Source: a virus. From it: a stretch of DNA of 64,000 nt. Below are positions 39,883 through 48,961 of this stretch, in pieces. Under the pieces are notes generated by a model. That model was not told where the DNA came from, did no database searches, and saw nothing but the letters and a program-made list of their open reading frames with translations. The stretch covers positions 111,595-175,594 of the IMG/VR virus record IMGVR_UViG_3300023174_000052; one strand, 5' to 3'. Each line of letters starts with the position of its first letter. Position 1 is the first letter of the stretch. The translations under genes were made by a program, and so were the position numbers.

Positions 39883-41346
39883 TTATTCCCCAAATATTCT
39901 TTCACTCTTTATACTATCAATTTTACTCTTTCTTACGCCAACGTCGCTTAATAATTTAGAAGCTGCGCTTAAAATTTGAGGCGATGGCATGCCATATCCA
40001 GGTGTAACGTGTGTTGACAATGTATTGCAGAAACCAGATATATCTTCGATAATACCTGCTAATAAATCTTTTAGTTCTTTAAACTTTACGTATGGCTGCG
40101 AGTTCTCCGAGTCAATGGATAAATTTCCACCATTCTTTTCAGATAAACCTAGGTATATTTTATTTGCCGCGATGTGAATTGCTCCATCATCGTGTAATAA
40201 TACCGAACAACCATCTTCTCCTAGCTTTCCTTCTTTTATTATTCTAATTGTGCCATTTATACCTAGTTCTTCATCTTTTCTTGCGACGATTCTAATATGA
40301 TCAGCTTTCGATATTACAGAAGAACCAACAGAAGCTGGTCGAATTTCTTGTTCGCCTGGTAGAAGGGGGGTAAAATTAGATAGAGTTAACGCATCATCTA
40401 TCGATGTATTCATAGAAACGTAAATTCTTGCAGCATCAGAATGAAAATCAGGATCGCCCTCGGATTTGACGTTTTTATCACCTTTTCTAGGATCTTTGAC
40501 AACCTCTTCATATGATCTAGAATTTTTAAAAGTAGCAGGCGACGTTCTCGTCATACTTCCTGATATCAAACCTCTAGATCGACCGGCTACTATATCTATT
40601 ATTCCTGAGAACGGTTTGGGTACAGTAAGAGAATTACTTTGTTCTTCTTCAGGCGTGTCGATCTGCTTCCAATATCTATCTGTACCTAATAATATCATTG
40701 AATTATTGCTACCGTGAATAGCAAAATCGCCAGGTCTTTTAGTAAATCTTGGGATAGGTTCATATATAACAGGATCTTTCACAGAAGATACTATTTTTTC
40801 GTATTCATTTTTACCATTTTTTTGTTTTAAAGACAGATTAGGAAAATCTTCGACAGGTGCTTTCGCTTTTTTATCTCCTGATGCCTTTTCTACCGTACCT
40901 GGCGAATCGCCTTTTGCTTCTTGCGGTTTATAGATTTTATCATAATGCGAATAGCTTAGATCTTCGTTGTATTCATCTCCGTGAACTCGACTTAACCAAT
41001 AACCGACTGTCTTTATTTCTCTATCAAATAAAATCCATACCGTCTCTCCTGTTTTAACAGGCATACAAAGATGTGAAGAGAAGAATGGATATGCCAAAAT
41101 AATCGAAGTAGAAGTAGCATCGGTACCACCCGTTATTTTTCTAACGATACATGTATTTCTCGGTATTCTATCTGGCGAAAAAGTATTAAAAACTTCAGGA
41201 TAAGTCGACTTTAACGTTCCGATACCTGTTTGATCGGTGATTACGTTGACGACAACTGCCTTTTCAAATTGACCAATATCTTGTTTTTCTTTGTTTAATT
41301 CATTTTTTTGCGCTATATTAGTTATAGCAGCATTGATAGTGGTCAT
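39883..41346 (-). CDS. Baseplate central spike (T4 gp5 / P2 gpV-like, no lysozyme domain seen)
   Basis: OB-fold-like AYPFF...MPVKTGETVWI...YWLSR; PGDFAIHGSNNSMILLG beta region; C-terminal THVTPG; upstream of gp25-like gene. Confidence 0.7.
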   Translation of the reverse strand: MTTINAAITNIAQKNELNKEKQDIGQFEKAVVVNVITDQTGIGTLKSTYPEVFNTFSPDRIPRNTCIVRKITGGTDATSTSIILAYPFFSSHLCMPVKTGETVWILFDREIKTVGYWLSRVHGDEYNEDLSYSHYDKIYKPQEAKGDSPGTVEKASGDKKAKAPVEDFPNLSLKQKNGKNEYEKIVSSVKDPVIYEPIPRFTKRPGDFAIHGSNNSMILLGTDRYWKQIDTPEEEQSNSLTVPKPFSGIIDIVAGRSRGLISGSMTRTSPATFKNSRSYEEVVKDPRKGDKNVKSEGDPDFHSDAARIYVSMNTSIDDALTLSNFTPLLPGEQEIRPASVGSSVISKADHIRIVARKDEELGINGTIRIIKEGKLGEDGCSVLLHDDGAIHIAANKIYLGLSEKNGGNLSIDSENSQPYVKFKELKDLLAGIIEDISGFCNTLSTHVTPGYGMPSPQILSAASKLLSDVGVRKSKIDSIKSERIFGE

Positions 41347-41355
41347 TTTTAATAC

Positions 41356-41718
41356 CTACCCTGAGATTTTTGAAAAAATATCGTCTGGTGTTATTTTAGA
41401 GTCTTCTTCTTGAGTTGAACGAACAATTTCGGCCAACTTTAATAATTGTTCATTTGCCTTTGACATTCTTTCAAGATATTTTGTCATAATAGGGCCAACA
41501 TTGATATGTTCAGTTTGGGCTCCTGAAAATCCTGCGTATGCATTAAGATATAAAGCGTAAGCGTTTTCTCGATCTATTATGGCGTTATTATAGATTTCCT
41601 TCCATAGTATTTTTCGTTTATCGTCCGTCGTTGACAACGTATCTAGAAGTTCTGAGAACGATTTTACCTTTTCTTCGGCGTCCTTGATTCTTTTCAAAAC
41701 ATCATCGTAAACGCTCAT
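41356..41718 (-). CDS. Helical hypothetical protein (possible small terminase)
   Basis: 120 aa, all-helical coiled-coil pattern; function call is a guess. Confidence 0.55.
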   Translation of the reverse strand: MSVYDDVLKRIKDAEEKVKSFSELLDTLSTTDDKRKILWKEIYNNAIIDRENAYALYLNAYAGFSGAQTEHINVGPIMTKYLERMSKANEQLLKLAEIVRSTQEEDSKITPDDIFSKISG

Positions 41719-42446
41719 GATTCGTTCTCCTGTATGACGATTTCCTTATAGTGTTTTCTTATTGCAGATAATGCAGTCGATAATTGTTTCTGATTTAGGT
41801 TAGACATATCCCTAATATACACGAATATCGCCCGCTTGTGCAGTATGTCTATGTCGTCGATGTGTTCAAAGATCGTTATAATTGATTCCATACATATCTT
41901 TTCGTTTTCATCGATTAATCTTTTTTGTATCTTCTTAAATACTTCTTTTATATGGTCTTTTTGCATTGCCTGAATCATCACGTCATCGGGTGATTCTGCA
42001 ACAGCATAGTGAGCTATCGTACTTCTATCCTTCGATGAAAGTAGTCCTAAATCTTCGAACGATACATTTCTTTGACTAGACGTTGTCTTTTTTCTTGCGT
42101 TCTGTATTAACCAGTTTCTTGCTATCACGTTGAAATAGCTGAACGCTTTTGTTCCTCGCGCAGAGTCAAATTTTCGTAAATTTTCGTATAGAAAAGCAAC
42201 ACAATCGGTTTGCATTTCGAATATATCTTCGCCAGGTTCTGAGAATCCGTAGATCAAAATAAGACTTTCGGCTAGTTTCATTAACGCTGGCGATATCGTG
42301 TTGTGATAAAGCTCTATTTTTTCATTTTCATTAACAATACAATTATAATACGTTATCGCCGTTGTTACCTCAGGTCCGAAGTACATTTTCTTTTCACTAC
42401 CTTCTGTAGACTTTCTACGACGACGTATTCTTTTTGTTCCAATCAT
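41715..42446 (-). CDS. Phage sigma factor for late transcription (T4 gp55-like)
   Basis: MYF, KLAESLI, KFDSARGTKAFSYFNVIARNWLIQ sigma region 2 motif; likely ATG at 42446 after the upstream stop, with GAGGAAGG SD. Confidence 0.75.
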   Translation of the reverse strand: MIGTKRIRRRRKSTEGSEKKMYFGPEVTTAITYYNCIVNENEKIELYHNTISPALMKLAESLILIYGFSEPGEDIFEMQTDCVAFLYENLRKFDSARGTKAFSYFNVIARNWLIQNARKKTTSSQRNVSFEDLGLLSSKDRSTIAHYAVAESPDDVMIQAMQKDHIKEVFKKIQKRLIDENEKICMESIITIFEHIDDIDILHKRAIFVYIRDMSNLNQKQLSTALSAIRKHYKEIVIQENES

Positions 42447-42447
42447 C

Positions 42448-42744
42448 TTATCCTTCCTCTTCGACTTCATTTTCAATCGTTGAGAAAGTTTCTGCGACTT
42501 TTATTATCGCGTCTCTCGACAATCTCAAATCATCATGCACCCGTCTAATTTCAGGACTATCAAAAAACAAAGGTATTTCTAAAACTTTGTCGATAGATCT
42601 GATTCTTTCGTCCATGACAGCCAGACAATCTTCTATCGAATCCTGAACTCTGATTATAGTTCTTGCGAATCTATAACAATAAATTGCAAGAAATGTTGTG
42701 GAACAAATTAGTATTAAAATTATGAACCACAAAAAATATATCAC
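42448..42744 (-). CDS. Small membrane-anchored coiled-coil protein
   Basis: N-terminal ~22-residue hydrophobic helix followed by a coiled coil. Confidence 0.7.
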   Translation of the reverse strand: MIYFLWFIILILICSTTFLAIYCYRFARTIIRVQDSIEDCLAVMDERIRSIDKVLEIPLFFDSPEIRRVHDDLRLSRDAIIKVAETFSTIENEVEEEG

Positions 42745-43892
42745 AGTAATTCCCCGATAACCGCGTCGTATAGATCGCAGACGGCATTTATCGAATATTT
42801 TTCGCGAATGATTTTTGCTAAATCATCTGCCCACTCTTTAGGCTTAGAATAAGATTCAACTGTTTTTCGCATTCTACGTTTCGCATCAGGTTCGCGAACT
42901 TGTGCCCATCGAGCGCCTTGGATGAATATTGTACCATCTATTTTTTTATCAGAAACAGGAACTAAATCATATTCCACCTTCGAAAAATGACCTTTTGATA
43001 AAAATTCGAGATGTCCTGACCAGTTCGTTGCTAAAACTGGGAGTGCGGAAGCTGCCGCATCTATAAGAGGAAGCCCGTAACCTTCGCCTCTTGTTAGTGA
43101 AATCATAGACTTGACCTTGGGGCTCTTCATTAAGCCTGCCACTTCTTTTCCAGACATATCACCATTTAACAAATAGACTTTTGGAAATTCTCCCTTTCTA
43201 ACTTCCGACAATAATTTTTGAAATAATAAGACAAGTTGTTTTCTATGAAAAATACAATTTGTCCCTAAATTTGATTTGATGATAAGACCAACATTTTTAT
43301 CACCAGCGAACTCTTCACAAAACCACTTTACCGTGTGGAAAAGATTCTTTCTATCGGAATCTAGATCCATTCCAGTAACTTGTCCGAATAACAAGAAATT
43401 AAACGAAGTAGCTACTTCGTTTAACTCTAAGGGTAGAACATCTTTGTCTATTTCGCAGTTATATGCTTCTGGTACGACTGATATTTTCGTTGTGATTCCA
43501 CCACCAAGTGTCAAAGAATCGGAAGCAAACTTAGATGGAACAATAACATGATTCATCTTATTACATGCGATCTTCCATTCTGGATTACACTTATCTGTTT
43601 CAATACCTGCAGTTATTCCAACATTAACTTTCGCTAATTCTGGATCCCATTCATTCGGTAGTTGGATTTGAAGACTTAGATCGGGTTTTTCTTCAAATGG
43701 AGTCGATCGATCCATAATTTGTCCGACTAGACCGTCCAAATCGTCTCTATCGAGAAACCATGGAGTAATACCCCAGTTTAAAATTTGACACCTTACGTCA
43801 TGTCCACGAGATAGTGCCCATTTAAAGACTTGTCGAGCGTGTTCACCATAACCAGACTTAGAAAGAACAGGTCCTCTTACAATAACTTTCAT
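42741..43892 (-). CDS. GT-B (GT4-like) glycosyltransferase
   Basis: SGYGEHAR, VIVPSKF, DRKN, RGEGYGLPLIDAAA, ATNWSGHLEF. Confidence 0.88.
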   Translation of the reverse strand: MKVIVRGPVLSKSGYGEHARQVFKWALSRGHDVRCQILNWGITPWFLDRDDLDGLVGQIMDRSTPFEEKPDLSLQIQLPNEWDPELAKVNVGITAGIETDKCNPEWKIACNKMNHVIVPSKFASDSLTLGGGITTKISVVPEAYNCEIDKDVLPLELNEVATSFNFLLFGQVTGMDLDSDRKNLFHTVKWFCEEFAGDKNVGLIIKSNLGTNCIFHRKQLVLLFQKLLSEVRKGEFPKVYLLNGDMSGKEVAGLMKSPKVKSMISLTRGEGYGLPLIDAAASALPVLATNWSGHLEFLSKGHFSKVEYDLVPVSDKKIDGTIFIQGARWAQVREPDAKRRMRKTVESYSKPKEWADDLAKIIREKYSINAVCDLYDAVIGELL

Positions 43893-45133
43893 AGCGCATT
43901 AACCTCGAAATTCTTGCGATCCTTTCGCCAATTCTCAATGAGATCACCGAGCGTCTTGTCCCATGAATCAATAACTTTCTGATATCCAAACTCGCTTAGA
44001 GCATATTCTCGAGCCTTTGCACCTAGACGTTTTCTTCCATCTTTGCCAAGCTCGTAAAGTTTCATAATACCTTTCGCCGTAGTCTCAACCGTGACATAAT
44101 CTTCGTAAATGTATGGAACGCCCTGTGATCCAACAAGAGTCTTTAATTCGACAGGAAGCGCTGCGCCGTTCTCTTCGCCAGTGTAAGCATTAACGACTTG
44201 TCTAGTTAGACCACCAGTTTTCACTGCGACGATTGGATTCCCAACATTCATAGCTTCGAGAGTCGCAAGACCGAAACCTTCTGCGTATGAAATATTGATA
44301 CAAAAATCACTAACATTATGAATAACGTTCATTTTATCAAATTCGACGCGTTCTTTACTAAAGGCTACATTTTGTTCTATGTCGAGATTTCTTGCAACTT
44401 CTACAAGATTAGGACCCTCTTGATCGAAAGGATCGGTATGCATGATTAGAGTAGCTTTTCTGTGACCATGTTTTTGTTCAAGTTCGTCTAGGAAAAGTTT
44501 CCATGCCCATATAACATCTGAAGGTCGTTTTCTTCTAGCATTTCTATTGATCCACAGTCCGACAAAATGATCTGCTCTATGTGTACCGAGAAGAAGTATT
44601 TTATTCCTCAATTTATCCTGTTCAGACATAGGATAAAACATACCTGGTGGTAATGAATGAGGAATAAAATTAGTCTTTTCCGGAAATAACTTGTGGCAAA
44701 ATTCGTATGTCAAATATGAATGACAATTAATGAGATCGGTCGCCTCGTACATCGGACTATTAAACATGGGAGTAGGATAATTATCCCAAACGTGCCACCA
44801 TGCTATTGGACATATTTGATGTACTTCGTCTTCCATCTCAAAAAGCCAAGTAAAAAATCTTGGGTCGGTGAAGATCAACATAGCATCTGGCTTTTCGGTT
44901 GCGAGAGCTTCTCTAATCATCGCTCTGTTGCCGAATCCATCGATCGGCTTAATAATAAAATCTTCATTGACAACGATCGTACGATAATCGGCGTGTTTAA
45001 TCGCCGCGCCGAACTGTCTAAATGACCATCCACCTTTCTGTATAAGACCATTAATTAAGTGTCTTGTTTGATTTCCAACGCCCGATGGAGAAAGAGCGTG
45101 ATCAGAAAGAACCAAAACTTTTCTCTTCTTCAA
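43889..45133 (-). CDS. GT-B (GT4-like) glycosyltransferase
   Basis: SGVG, NRNARRK, EGFGLATLEAM (E-x7-E), VKTGGL. Confidence 0.9.
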   Translation of the reverse strand: MKKRKVLVLSDHALSPSGVGNQTRHLINGLIQKGGWSFRQFGAAIKHADYRTIVVNEDFIIKPIDGFGNRAMIREALATEKPDAMLIFTDPRFFTWLFEMEDEVHQICPIAWWHVWDNYPTPMFNSPMYEATDLINCHSYLTYEFCHKLFPEKTNFIPHSLPPGMFYPMSEQDKLRNKILLLGTHRADHFVGLWINRNARRKRPSDVIWAWKLFLDELEQKHGHRKATLIMHTDPFDQEGPNLVEVARNLDIEQNVAFSKERVEFDKMNVIHNVSDFCINISYAEGFGLATLEAMNVGNPIVAVKTGGLTRQVVNAYTGEENGAALPVELKTLVGSQGVPYIYEDYVTVETTAKGIMKLYELGKDGRKRLGAKAREYALSEFGYQKVIDSWDKTLGDLIENWRKDRKNFEVNAL

Positions 45134-45194
45134 ATTAACCTCGCTACAATATCATCCGGCGGATTAATGAAGATGTTAACGGTCTTTAATATAA

Positions 45195-45980
45195 TTATCT
45201 TACACATTGTCCTGATTTCGCAAAATCGCAATATTCGCAATTATGTTTATTTTTTGGAAAAAATCCACGTTTAACCGTATTAATCATGCTGGACACGAGT
45301 TTATTTGCCTTCTCTTGAACCTTGGGTCCTGCCGAAAATGCGACTAAATCGATAGACTTACCAGATTTCGCCCCTTTTTTAAGCACGACAAAAGCGGTAC
45401 CAACATCTGCGGAAGACAATTCGAATTTCTTCATGACGTGCCATTTATAGAGGATCAACTGTGCCTGTGTATTGAAATCTTCTTTTTTATCTCGACGCCA
45501 TCCATAGGCTGGACCTGTCTTCCAGTCGATGATTAGAAGCTTTTCCTTACCTCGTTTGTCTTTAAGCTTAAGAATCGCATCGATGAAACCTTTAAATTTA
45601 ATATCATGATTATCGATAGATTCCATAAGCGCATGTTCTGCATCGAGTGTCTCCCATTCCGGAAAATTTTCATCCAAAAATGTAGGAACATCATTAATCA
45701 CAGTTTCTGCCCAAGAACACCATTTTTCTACGTCAGGGAAACCTTTTTCTTGCCAAATCCTACGAATTTCTGACGTGCAAAGTTCTACGTCTACTTCTCG
45801 AGTCTTAAGATATTTTTCGCAAGACGAATGGACGGCAGTACCAAAATAAAGGTGTTCTGATTCTACATCTGCTTTGACTTTATCGATATAGGTCAGCTTA
45901 TGTTTCCACGGACACTCTGCCCAAGTTCGAACTTCAGAAAAAGAAATATGAGCTTTACCTGTTGGAAACGTATTAGACAA
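45195..45980 (-). CDS. PD-(D/E)xK nuclease, Cas4/AddB-like with 4-Cys Fe-S staple
   Basis: SFS...CPWK, GTAVH, E...KGFID...IIDWKT, QLILY, CEYCDF...C. Confidence 0.88.
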   Translation of the reverse strand: MSNTFPTGKAHISFSEVRTWAECPWKHKLTYIDKVKADVESEHLYFGTAVHSSCEKYLKTREVDVELCTSEIRRIWQEKGFPDVEKWCSWAETVINDVPTFLDENFPEWETLDAEHALMESIDNHDIKFKGFIDAILKLKDKRGKEKLLIIDWKTGPAYGWRRDKKEDFNTQAQLILYKWHVMKKFELSSADVGTAFVVLKKGAKSGKSIDLVAFSAGPKVQEKANKLVSSMINTVKRGFFPKNKHNCEYCDFAKSGQCVR

Positions 45981-46025
45981 TCATCACCCCACTCTAAACA
46001 ATATTGCGTGATGATTCGATAATTT

Positions 46026-46982
46026 TTAATCTTCTACATTAGAAATAGCTCTACCCTTTAAGCTTTTCCAGTCTTGTCTTGGTCTAACTTCAAGATTTTT
46101 TTCCCATACGCCCTTAAGAACTTTTGGATCTACGTTATTTTTTTCTAAAAGATAAATTAAAGCATTAATATCCTTTGGAAAACAACTTCCGCCGAAACCC
46201 ATGCTTTGTTCGCCAGTATCATCTGACGGCATTGGACCAGGAACTTGCCAGTGAGAATTACCCAGTCTTTTATCAAGAGTCGCTAATTCTATAATCGAAT
46301 TATAACTAATGTCATAACCAGCTTCGAAAAGAGCCTTACACCCTTGATACATTTCATTTGCAAAAGAAACTTTCGTAGCCAGAAAACAATTTGCTACATA
46401 TTTTACCATCTCGGCGTTTGTAGAAGACGTCTCGAATATCGGGACAGTTGGAAATGAGGACTTAAATACGGCCGTCACAAATTTAGAACTTTCTATTGGA
46501 CCACCGATGATGATTCTATCTTGGTTTCTCATATCATCGATAGCATTTGCTTCTGTTAAAAATTCTGGATTGAATACTACACTAATCGCAGATTTTTCGT
46601 ATTTTTTATTCCACGTTTCTGTAGTTCCTGGTGGTACTGTAGATTTTACTATGGCGATTCTTTGTTTGGAACTATTAATATTTTCGGATAAAACTTGTAA
46701 TACAGACTCGACAATTGAAGTATCACATGATCCATCTAAATTCATCGGAGTCGGCAAACAAATGAAATAAATCCCAGAAAATTCTTCAATAGATTCGCAA
46801 CACTCTATAAAAATCTCTAAGTTTTCGGGTGTAATAACATTTTCAAATTTGAACTGTTTAATTCCACCTTTCGAATTTTTTCCCGCTTTATCGTATGTAT
46901 AGACCTTATTTCCACGTTCGGACAAAACTGTGGTTAGACTTCCACCTACAAATCCTTGACCAATTACAGCTACGGTATGCAA
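46026..46982 (-). CDS. ugd: UDP-glucose/GDP-mannose 6-dehydrogenase family protein (C-terminal domain absent)
   Basis: GQGFVG, CLPTP, KSTVPPG, NPEFL, KY..N.FLA.K, GFGGSCFPKD (catalytic Cys). Confidence 0.88.
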   Translation of the reverse strand: MHTVAVIGQGFVGGSLTTVLSERGNKVYTYDKAGKNSKGGIKQFKFENVITPENLEIFIECCESIEEFSGIYFICLPTPMNLDGSCDTSIVESVLQVLSENINSSKQRIAIVKSTVPPGTTETWNKKYEKSAISVVFNPEFLTEANAIDDMRNQDRIIIGGPIESSKFVTAVFKSSFPTVPIFETSSTNAEMVKYVANCFLATKVSFANEMYQGCKALFEAGYDISYNSIIELATLDKRLGNSHWQVPGPMPSDDTGEQSMGFGGSCFPKDINALIYLLEKNNVDPKVLKGVWEKNLEVRPRQDWKSLKGRAISNVED

Positions 46983-46998
46983 ATAAACACCTAATTTA

Positions 46999-47952
46999 TT
47001 ACCATTTAAAGTTTTTTCTATAATACTCTACAAGTTCTCGTATTTCTTCATCGAAAATCTTTTTAGGTCTCCAACCGATCGCCTTTAATTTTTCATCGTT
47101 AAGAGCGTATCTAACGTCTTGTCCTTGTCTTACATAAGATAAATCGAGATAATCTTCATAAGATAATGAATCAGATTTAAAATAATTAGAAATTATTTTT
47201 TCAACTGTTAATCTATTAGATTGTTCACAGTTTCCTGCGATGTTAAAAATTTCATTTTTAACGTTTGAATCGATAATAGAAATAACGGCTTCTGCAGTAT
47301 CATCTGCGTGTAACCAATTTCTTACGGGTTTCCCTTCATTGTGTAATCTAATCTTTTTATTACGCTGTAATAACTTAACACTTAACGGTATTAATTTTTC
47401 AGGATATTGTCCCGTACCATAATTATTCGTCGGTCTCAATATTACATAATCGATATTATACGTTCTATGCCATGCTAAAACTAACATATCGGCCGCGGCC
47501 TTAGATGCCGAATATGGATTACTAGGTTTCAATGAATCACTCTCTACGTGTTGACCGTCGACTATGTCTCCATACACTTCATCGGTACTGAAATGTATAA
47601 AAATCGGTCGACTGGCTACATTCGTAGGCTTGCTCTTAATTAGATCTAATAAATTTTGAACGCCAATGATGTTCGTTTTAATGAATGAGTTAGAATTTAT
47701 TATGCTATTTCCAACATGCGTTTCTGCTGCTACGTTGATAACGTAATCACAATCAGGTAAATAATCTAAATCACATATATCTTTCTTTAAGAAAGTAAAA
47801 TTTTCATATTGTGAAAATGTATCTAGAAAATTCTCGTTGCTGGCGTAGGTTTGAGAATCGACTCCAAGTACCCTCCAACCTTTATCTAAGCACTTTCTGG
47901 TAATATGTGAACCGATTAATCCCAAACATCCTGTTATGATTACTATCTTCAT
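46999..47952 (-). CDS. rfbB: NDP-glucose 4,6-dehydratase
   Basis: TGCLGLIG, AAETHV, STDEVYG, PYSASKA, NNYG.GQYPEKLIP, RNWLH. Confidence 0.92.
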   Translation of the reverse strand: MKIVIITGCLGLIGSHITRKCLDKGWRVLGVDSQTYASNENFLDTFSQYENFTFLKKDICDLDYLPDCDYVINVAAETHVGNSIINSNSFIKTNIIGVQNLLDLIKSKPTNVASRPIFIHFSTDEVYGDIVDGQHVESDSLKPSNPYSASKAAADMLVLAWHRTYNIDYVILRPTNNYGTGQYPEKLIPLSVKLLQRNKKIRLHNEGKPVRNWLHADDTAEAVISIIDSNVKNEIFNIAGNCEQSNRLTVEKIISNYFKSDSLSYEDYLDLSYVRQGQDVRYALNDEKLKAIGWRPKKIFDEEIRELVEYYRKNFKW

Positions 47953-47956
47953 GTTT

Positions 47957-48571
47957 TTACTTGACTGTTTCGCAATTTTTAAATAATGGAAACTCTCTTA
48001 GGTCTCGATATTGAGGCTCTTCAGGTAGATCTTCGGCATGTTGAGGATAGTTTTGCATTAGCATTAGTCCTCGAGCGGCTTGTTCTGGGGTCATGTAAGC
48101 ATTATGGCCATTAATATCGATTTCATCTTCATGATACATCACTTCGCCGCGGCCTTCGTACCTAGCCTTTCTAAACCAGTCGCGTGCTTCTTCGCTATTA
48201 GTTAGAATCATTCCACCCTTTCCAATTTTTAAATGCTTTTTGATATGGAAAGAAAGACACATATAAGAGTCTTGAACATACATATTAGATGTTAATCTTT
48301 TCGCAGCGTCATAGATTGGGTACGGTTTTAGTTGATAAACACCCTTCCAACTTACTTCTTCAAACTTTACAGTTCCGCCAGCATGGATTATTGACTGTGG
48401 TACAGAAAGATAAGTCCTTGCAGGAATAGTAACTTCTTTAACGCCTAAGTATTCACAACACAATAAAATTGCGTCGGTACAATTGTCAGTTGAAACAGCA
48501 TATTTTGAACCACAATAATGCGCCATTTCTTCTTCGAACATTTTGATGATTTTGTAAGGATTATGTAGCAT
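47957..48571 (-). CDS. DegT/DnrJ/EryC1/StrS-family PLP sugar aminotransferase, minimal form
   Basis: FEEEMAHY.G.KYAV...CTDA, IPARTY, YDAA, SFHIKKHL.IG.GGMILT (PLP lysine). Confidence 0.85.
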   Translation of the reverse strand: MLHNPYKIIKMFEEEMAHYCGSKYAVSTDNCTDAILLCCEYLGVKEVTIPARTYLSVPQSIIHAGGTVKFEEVSWKGVYQLKPYPIYDAAKRLTSNMYVQDSYMCLSFHIKKHLKIGKGGMILTNSEEARDWFRKARYEGRGEVMYHEDEIDINGHNAYMTPEQAARGLMLMQNYPQHAEDLPEEPQYRDLREFPLFKNCETVK

Positions 48572-48958
48572 TTATTCTCTTTCCAATAGGTAGTATTTAA
48601 TTTTAAAACCAGACGATTGAAATAATTTTAAACTGGCCTCGTTTGTTATTTTAATTTTTGCCAGGGCATTTGGAAATTTATTTTTGATCTGTTCTAACAT
48701 AAATTTTCCAACGCCTAATTTTTGATAGTCTGGATGGGTTGCGACTCGTATATCATCATTGATAACGCCGACGTATCCTGCAGGTTTATCATCGATTAGA
48801 CAGATGAAGAAGCAATCGCTATATTTCTTCATGTATTCTTTTTGTTGTTCTTCTGTGATGTAAGAAGTTTCTATAAATCCTGGGATAACTCTTGGGTCGT
48901 TTCTTAATTGTCTAATAAATTCATGATATTCGGGTTTATCAGCTTGTACTAATAGCAT
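48572..48958 (-). CDS. GNAT N-acetyltransferase (amino-sugar acetylase-like)
   Basis: LRNDPRV (PseH-like), HPDYQKLGVG acetyl-CoA loop, NEASLKLFQSSGF. Confidence 0.85.
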   Translation of the reverse strand: MLLVQADKPEYHEFIRQLRNDPRVIPGFIETSYITEEQQKEYMKKYSDCFFICLIDDKPAGYVGVINDDIRVATHPDYQKLGVGKFMLEQIKNKFPNALAKIKITNEASLKLFQSSGFKIKYYLLERE

Positions 48959-48961
48959 GTA

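Noticed and set aside
45195-45980. Cas4-like gene as part of a CRISPR-Cas locus
   Set aside because: No cas1/cas2, effector or array in the window; solo PD-(D/E)xK nucleases are common in phages.
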